Shown here: positions 52,780-64,000 of the stretch, one piece after another | Layout: each line of letters opens with the position of its first letter | How positions within the stretch are numbered: position 1 is the first letter of the stretch | From: Ascidiella aspersa | Taxonomy: Eukaryota | Length of the DNA: 64,000 nucleotides | Reading direction: 5' to 3' | NCBI GenBank assembly: GCA_963924565.1 | Contig: OZ004610.1 | Coordinates: 3,286,001 to 3,350,000, forward strand | Made by a program: the position numbers and the translations under genes | Notes under the pieces: model-generated | Databases searched by the model: none | What the model saw: the letters and a program-made list of their open reading frames with translations, nothing else | Told to the model about the DNA's origin: nothing

Positions 52780-54467
52780 GCAAGATTCACACCAGACGCG
52801 GTTGGCGGCAAGTGGCGCGTTTTTGCGTTCGACGGCAAGCGACGGGGTATTCACACCAGACGGCGTCATGCCGTGACGGCGTGATTTTTTAGCTTGAAAC
52901 GGCTGACGGCAAAGTTAAATCAGATTTAACTTTTCCGTCAGCCGCACTACTTGCAGACTGAAGAGCTGTGTGCAGAACCTTGTTGCAACGGGACAATTTC
53001 GTAGTTTTAAGCTGGTTTGCTTGAGGATAGAAGGTTTATGTAATATTTATTTATGGTAAGGGTACAGTTTGTCTTTCCCTAATATTTTTTTTTGAAAAAG
53101 TGTCGCAAGAAGAAAGGTGCAATAATGTTGGTTTGATTTAATTATTTTGGTGTTGTGTTGTAGACTTTTGTTAAGATAAACTTTTGCTTGAAAAACAATG
53201 GAATTCAATGAAATGCTGATACAATTGGTTCAGGATTCTCCCTGTATATATGATTCTGGTAGCAGCCAGTACAAGGATCAAAAGCGGAAAGAAAATGTGT
53301 GGAAACATATTGCCCAACAAACTGGCCAGACAAATAAGACTTGATACCCGGTAAATTATTTTAATCATGACACGATTATCAATGTTGCAGTTGAAACTTG
53401 CATGAAGCGCTGGAAGAGTTTGCAAGACCGCTTTGCTAAAGAAAAGAGGAAGAATGAAAATGCACAAAAAAGTGGTGCTGCTGCTGCAAATTTACAGGTT
53501 GGGAGCACTATGAGGCTCTTAAATTTTTGCAAGAGCATTTGAGGCATAAAGTGTGTGATTTTTAAAATTAATAGAAATTTTTTAAATGTGCTCTGTTAAC
53601 AACTGTGATTTTTCATAGGACTGTTGGCAACTTTCGCCAAACCTCCAGTCCAATTATTAATTTCACACAAGATGAAGCTATACCAGAAGATGGTATTTTT
53701 ATATTTGTTTGGTTTCAATCAATTCAATTTAACATATACTAATGTATAGTGTCTTGCACTTTTTGTATGCTTATGTGCACTTTTGTACAGTCTAGTTGTT
53801 TTCAATTTCATATGCTCCTGGTGTTGTGTTAGTGTCTTGTATTTTTATATGCTTTTTTGTACTTTTTATATTCCAAGTGTTAATTGTGTGTACTCATGGT
53901 ATTCTGTTACCTCATTATATTTTTTGTTCTGTATTATTAGCCAATGTTTACGCTGTTTCTGGCTTATCAAACATGAAAATGTACAAAAATAAATTTAACA
54001 AAACAGTGAATGAAAAGAACGAGGTTCATATGTAGCAAAGGTAATGCAGATCCTTACTGGGCTTTAATAACAAATTGTTCTCATTGCTAAGATATTTGTC
54101 TTAATAAATAAAAAACATGCATGACTATTTGATTCTTTACTGGGGTGGGGTTTAATATACTCCTTCTGTCAAGCACACTGACCCACTTTATTTGGCTATA
54201 AGCGTCCAAAAGCGCAAATAACCATGGACACATAAGTTATGAACCGTTACTTTTCGTGCCCTTTTGAATTTGGCAAAGCCTTTGTTTAGTACAAGATGAT
54301 CCATTCCTATCCCGCTGTGTTTGCAAGACAAAAACACTTCGTCGCCAAACGCATAGCTGGTGTGAACGCCGTTTTTGCGTCAAACGTCGCGCGGAAGAAA
54401 CGCGATCAACCGTTGCCGCCGCTTATCGCCAGCCGTCACCGTCAACCGCGTCTGGTGTGCAGAGCCC
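52780..54467 (+). mobile_element. Nested PIF/Harbinger-derived element carrying a degraded MADF (Myb/SANT-like) gene
   Basis: Inverted CACACCAGACGCGGTTG at both ends, TAA/TTA context; absent from the opposite arm of the host foldback element. Confidence 0.7.
53198..53550 (+). pseudogene. MADF-domain protein remnant (Harbinger accessory gene)
   Basis: MEFNEMLIQLVQDSPCIYDSGSSQYKDQKRKENVWKHIAQQ ... ETCMKRWKSLQDRFAKEKRK ... KSG ... WEHYEALKFL, with a short intron and frameshifts. Confidence 0.75.
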
Positions 54468-57400
54468 TTAAGCCCTGCTTAAAATGTCATCTTTTTGAAT
54501 AACTAACGAATTTACTTTTTATAAGTTAAGAGTTTGGCGCTGGTCTAGAATCCTACCACAATTATTAAATCAGCGCACAATTTTTAGTTAGCTTTTGGGT
54601 GTGTCAAGTATTATAATATTTTTTAATTAATAATAATACTTGACCAACCCTAACCCAAATAAGTGCGTTGTGGTAAGATTCTAGACCAATTTTAACTGCT
54701 TTTTTAAGAACCCCTTTGCAAACCCAAATTAAAAGAGGCTGTCTATTGGTTACAATTGTATTCATTCCGGCATATCTGCTAAATCAAATTTCCAAAAGCA
54801 CAATGCATTTTATTTTTTGAATAACTCGTACAAACACGACAACAATTTTTTGCAGTAAACTATTTTAAAAGTAATAAAATATAATTAATAACATAAATAT
54901 GAAGCTGACCCAAAACAAAATCTATCAACATGTAAATGCTCTTTAGGTATACATGTGTATGTTTTTAAGCTGTTGTTTAACCCCATTATTATGAAATTCA
55001 TTTTTATTGCAAGATAATGGAACACAATGTAAGCGTTTCAATGTAAAAAAATGTTGTTGCACTTTGTTGAGGATGATTGCTTCTCCAGTGCTATGGGGTC
55101 ACTTTGATTTTTTTCCTGCTCTACATGGTGACTTTGACAACAGGTCCTTCTGCCCAAGAAACTAACATTTCCTCCAAGTGTGTTTCCTCAAACCCAAGCA
55201 GGTATAATACAGCTACCGGCTAAAGGTCCTGCTTGTAAAATACAAAAAAACCTAATGACCACAAAAGATTACCTTAAGGATGCGGTTGGAAAATCTTGAT
55301 ATCTAAAAAAATTTAGAGGTTGTAAATTAATAATTGTGATACCAGTCAACTCCTTTTTAGGTATTAATGAATTGTTGTTGGTAAAGTCACTAACATGTTC
55401 ATAAAATGTAATGCCAGGTGCAGAATTTTTTTTTATCAGGAATAGTTAACAAAAGTAGCTTTCTGTTAAAAGAAACTATAATAGCATTTAAATATCATGA
55501 TTCTATAATTAAAATTTCTCTATATTTATTCATGCAGAGTAAAAGATTACTTTAGCATTGAGCAAACACATGTAGATAGATGCTCGACAATTTTGTACTA
55601 AATTAACAAATGGTATGTTAGACCTAAGTTAAGAATACTACTTTATATATTGATAAGCAAATATTAGTGTTTGTTGTTCTGTTTTTTTTTTTTTATACCT
55701 ACTATTTCAAAATACCTTGTTATTCTACTTTGGACATTGTTAGTTTAAAATAAAACCTTTTGTTGAGATTAAATTTATCAATTAAGAAAATAAAGGAAGC
55801 AATACAAATAATGTCTTAGATTGCTTAGAATAATTATTAAAATTTGAAATTCTTTATGCTAATGCTTATTTTTTGTTTACTTACAAGAAGCTAGTTTTTA
55901 TTTCACTTACAAGAAAAACCAATTGGGTTGCCAAAGCTTAGTCTTCATACCTAAGCTTAATATTTGGGTGGCTGCGAAAAAAGGTTGAGAAGCACTGGCT
56001 TACATCATGTTCCATTTATCTTGCAATAAAAATAAATTGTTTTTGCAATTTAATATTTTTCTCTTTCATAATACTTGCATTTAACAACAGCTTAAAATCA
56101 TACAGATAAATATTTAAAGCATTTACATTTTGAAAGATTTTGTTTTTGGGTCTTTTTCACATTTATTATTTATATTTTAATACATTTAAAAAAGTTTACT
56201 GCAAAAGTTTGTTGTCGTTTTTGATTGAGTTATTCAAGGAATAAAATGTGTTGTACTTTTGTAAAATTGATTAGGCAGATATGCGAGAATGAATACTATT
56301 GCAACCAATAGACATCTTTTTTGGGGGGAGGTGGGGTTGCAAAGTGGTTCTTAAAAAAGCGGTTAAAATTAAAACTCTTAACTTGTAAAGAGTAATTCGT
56401 TAGTTATTCAAAAAGATGACATTTAAAGCAGGGCTTAGGCTTGCTTAATGCTAAGCGAGTCAAGAAAGCGTCATTGGTAACTAATGACAGCAATCTGTTT
56501 TTTAGCAAAGATTGAAGAACTGGGTGAAAATCTATGTTTAGGTTTGGGTGGGTGTGTGGGGCACGGGGTTAGTAGTTTAAGCTTCTGACTCCCGTTTTAA
56601 GTTGACTAGAAGGTTGCGTGCGTATAACTCGTTCGCCAACCACAATGCTTCTGGTGATTAATAATTGTATTATCTGATAAGCGAACACCCAGTTGAAACT
56701 ATAGTAGGCGGACAAGTTAGCATACAGGAGATGCTACTTGCAAATGTCAAAGTTGCGAACAGCACAAGACGTCAACAAAGAAGAAGTTAGTTTACAAGCG
56801 GATAGCGGCAGTCTTAAATAGCTACCGACAATCCAACTGCTGACTGCAGAAACAGGCCATTTAGCATTTAACACTTTGGTGCGAGCAGCGTTGCTTCGCA
56901 TAGACAATTATCGCTGACAAAGCAAATACATCACAAAAGTTACTGTAAATACAATAGCTCTTAAGTCGGTAAATTCATGCAAACTACAGGTGCAGTATTA
57001 TTAATAAAAATACTGAACCCATCCTAACCAAAATAATGTGCGTTGTGGTAGGATTGTAGACCAGCGCCAAATCTATAACTAAACTATTCAAAGACACACC
57101 CAAACGCTAACTCGCACCCTAACCCAAATATTGTGCGCTGATTTAATAATTGTGGTAGGATTCTAGACCAGCGCCAAACTCTTAACTTGTAAAAAGTAAA
57201 TTCGTTAGTTATTCAAAAAGATGACACTTTAAGTAGGGCTTAAGGCTTGCTTAATGCTAAGCGAGTCAAAAAAGCGTCATTGGTAACTAATGACAGCAAT
57301 CTGTTTTTTTATAAAAAATTGAAGAACCGTGCGAAAATCTATAACTAAACTATTCAAACTGTTAAAATAAAAAAAAATAGCTTTTCTGCTAATTTATTAT

Positions 57401-58480
57401 TGAGGTCGATAGTTTGTTCAACTCTTAAGTCCTAGTTCGGCCGCTCAGCTGAGCGTCTGTGACGTCATAAAATTTCAGCCAATAGGAAACTTTCCTATAA
57501 TGCTTGGATTTGGGACCTCACAATGCATGTTTAAGTATCTACCTATTGTAGTCGGCCGCCCACTCGGATCTTCCGTGCAAAGATAATGTTGACACAAAGT
57601 CTGATATTTTCAGGGCCCGTAAATAATGTGTTCATCTCTCTGGGTTACCGGGTTCTATTTAATGGGCGTGGGGAGATTGTTGTGTTTACCGGCAACAGTT
57701 TAAATATTTGTAAAGTAATTCGTTTGTAAGGAACGACAAGCCATCCCCCATACTTTGGAATCACTGCAACTAAGGGGCGATAAACTACGACTTTTTGCGT
57801 CGGATATTTACCGCAATGCTTTCGCAGTTTATTTTCTCAAATGATGATTTCCCGTAGTTACATGTTTAAGTTCATAGAATTCAGTGGTTCCCAACCTTGC
57901 TGTTCTCGCGACCTTTTTTAAGTTTTCGATATGTTGCGTGACCTTCAAATATATTGCGTATAATGCGTAAACCAGGGTCAATTAAAAACACATTTCAAAA
58001 TTGGAAAAAAATTTAGACGGATTGTATTAAAATTTGGTTAAAATGTCTGGATTTCAGTTTGCACAAGATAAAGTTACAGTTTGAGGGTTCTACTATTTTT
58101 ATTATACATTGTTTGACTGAAGCTACGCTTGTTTCATTAATTAAAAACTGTAATGGTGACGGTCGGTTGCTTGTGCTCCTAATTGGTTATATTTTATTGG
58201 TTCCCAATATCTTGCGGGTGACGACAACCACTAAATAGATGAGAGTTTAAATAACAAAGATTCCTTTTCTGAACTCTTTATACTTTACTTAAGGAGTCAG
58301 TTTTAATCGACCCGAAGCATCACGTTAATGATTCCCTCAAGCGATAAAAGTACTTCGGACTTGAAACTTCAAGCATATGATAAACAGGAAGCTAAAAACC
58401 AAACAAATGGAGTATAATTAAACAAGGACGTTTTGTTTGCTCAACTTTTATTTCTTCAAGGCGAATTGAAAAACGCGAGT

Positions 58481-63193
<4,713 letters not shown>

Positions 63194-63635
63194 CTAGAAA
63201 TGTTAAAGACACATTTGCACCCTAAGTTATTGATTGGGGTTTCATTCGCACGCGATATCTATATCGCTAACCGCAGCCGTGTTATAAAGCGGTGCTAGGA
63301 ACCTGGACGCTTTTACTATTGTACGTAAAAATTAATAAAAAATTTTTTTTCTTTAAATACCGCATACCACAACGCATATAATAAGTGTTATTAATAACAA
63401 ACATAATATTACTTGACCCACCCTCACCCAAACAATATGCCTTGAGGTATACGGTATTATTATTTTTTTTTTTGCATAACTTTTCACGTGCGAAACTTAG
63501 AAAAGTGAAAGAGCGCCCCATTTTGCATTATAATAGCATCAAACTTTGTTAAAAATCGCCAACGGTTCAGTACTTGCAACTTTGCGTGAACAAAACGTTA
63601 CTTGAATCCTACTTTTTCGTTCGGTGGGTTTATTT

Positions 63636-63836
63636 GGCGCTGGTCTAGAATCCTACCACAGTTATGAAATCAACGCACAAAATTGAGTTAGGTTGCGGGT
63701 TAGCGTTTGGGTGTGGGTGGGTGAAGTATTATTATATTCTTTATTTAATAATAATACTTGACCCACCTTAACCCAAACGCTAACCCGCAACCTAACCCAA
63801 ATAATGCGCGTTGTGGTAGGATTCTAGACCAGCGCC
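63636..63836. mobile_element. 201-bp MITE (GGCGC-ended, Merlin-like) in intron 1 of tubulin D
   Basis: Perfect TIR GGCGCTGGTCTAGAATCCTACCACA; 8-bp TSD GTTTATTT; empty site at ~24337. Confidence 0.9.
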
Positions 63837-64000
63837 GTTTATTTTGCTAAAATTATTTGGGTGCGAGTTAGCGTTTGAGTTGGTCAAGTATTGTTATCAT
63901 ATTTATTTCTTCCTTGAAATTTCAATTTTAACAACTCGTTTTGGTACTGTACTTTAAAAAAAGTGGTAGAAAACCAGCGCCAAGTATTTGCATGTTTAGA

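Larger units (their letters stand above)
52486..57543. mobile_element. Foldback/Mutator-like non-autonomous element with long TIRs and a 9-bp TSD
   Basis: GGTAGATACTTAAACATGC... at 52486 and its reverse complement ending at 57543; TSD TATTGTAGT at 52477-52485 and 57544-57552; empty site at ~35989. Confidence 0.9.

Noticed and set aside
56560-56800. Possible tRNA gene or tRNA-derived SINE
   Set aside because: No convincing cloverleaf or B-box; may be a SINE remnant but unsupported.

Overview
Eukaryotic (invertebrate metazoan, possibly tunicate-like; the taxon cannot be fixed from sequence alone), AT-rich genomic window holding a tandem alpha-tubulin cluster on the minus strand, built by ~16-kb segmental duplications. 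There are four 7-exon alpha-tubulin genes: A 7976-11850, B 20920-24790, C 36905-40773 and D 58481->63193 (exon 1 of D lies beyond the window). Two internally deleted alpha-tubulin pseudogenes lie at 18622-19508 and 34607-35493. The genes are mosaics of two paralog types. Only copy A has all-canonical splice sites; B, C and D carry a GA instead of GT donor at intron 5. Each full duplication unit also holds a plus-strand carbohydrate-sulfotransferase pseudogene fragment missed by the ORF track. Comparing filled and empty sites between units defines several insertions precisely: an RTE-clade LINE, a 5-kb foldback element with a 9-bp TSD containing a nested Harbinger/MADF remnant, and hAT-, Harbinger- and Merlin-like MITEs. 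The most unusual insertion is a TGT...ACA element with a 4-bp TSD and terminal inverted repeats of at least 667 bp that carry the promoter and start of an unrecognised Arg/Ser-rich ORF; its interior is hidden in a 100-N assembly gap.
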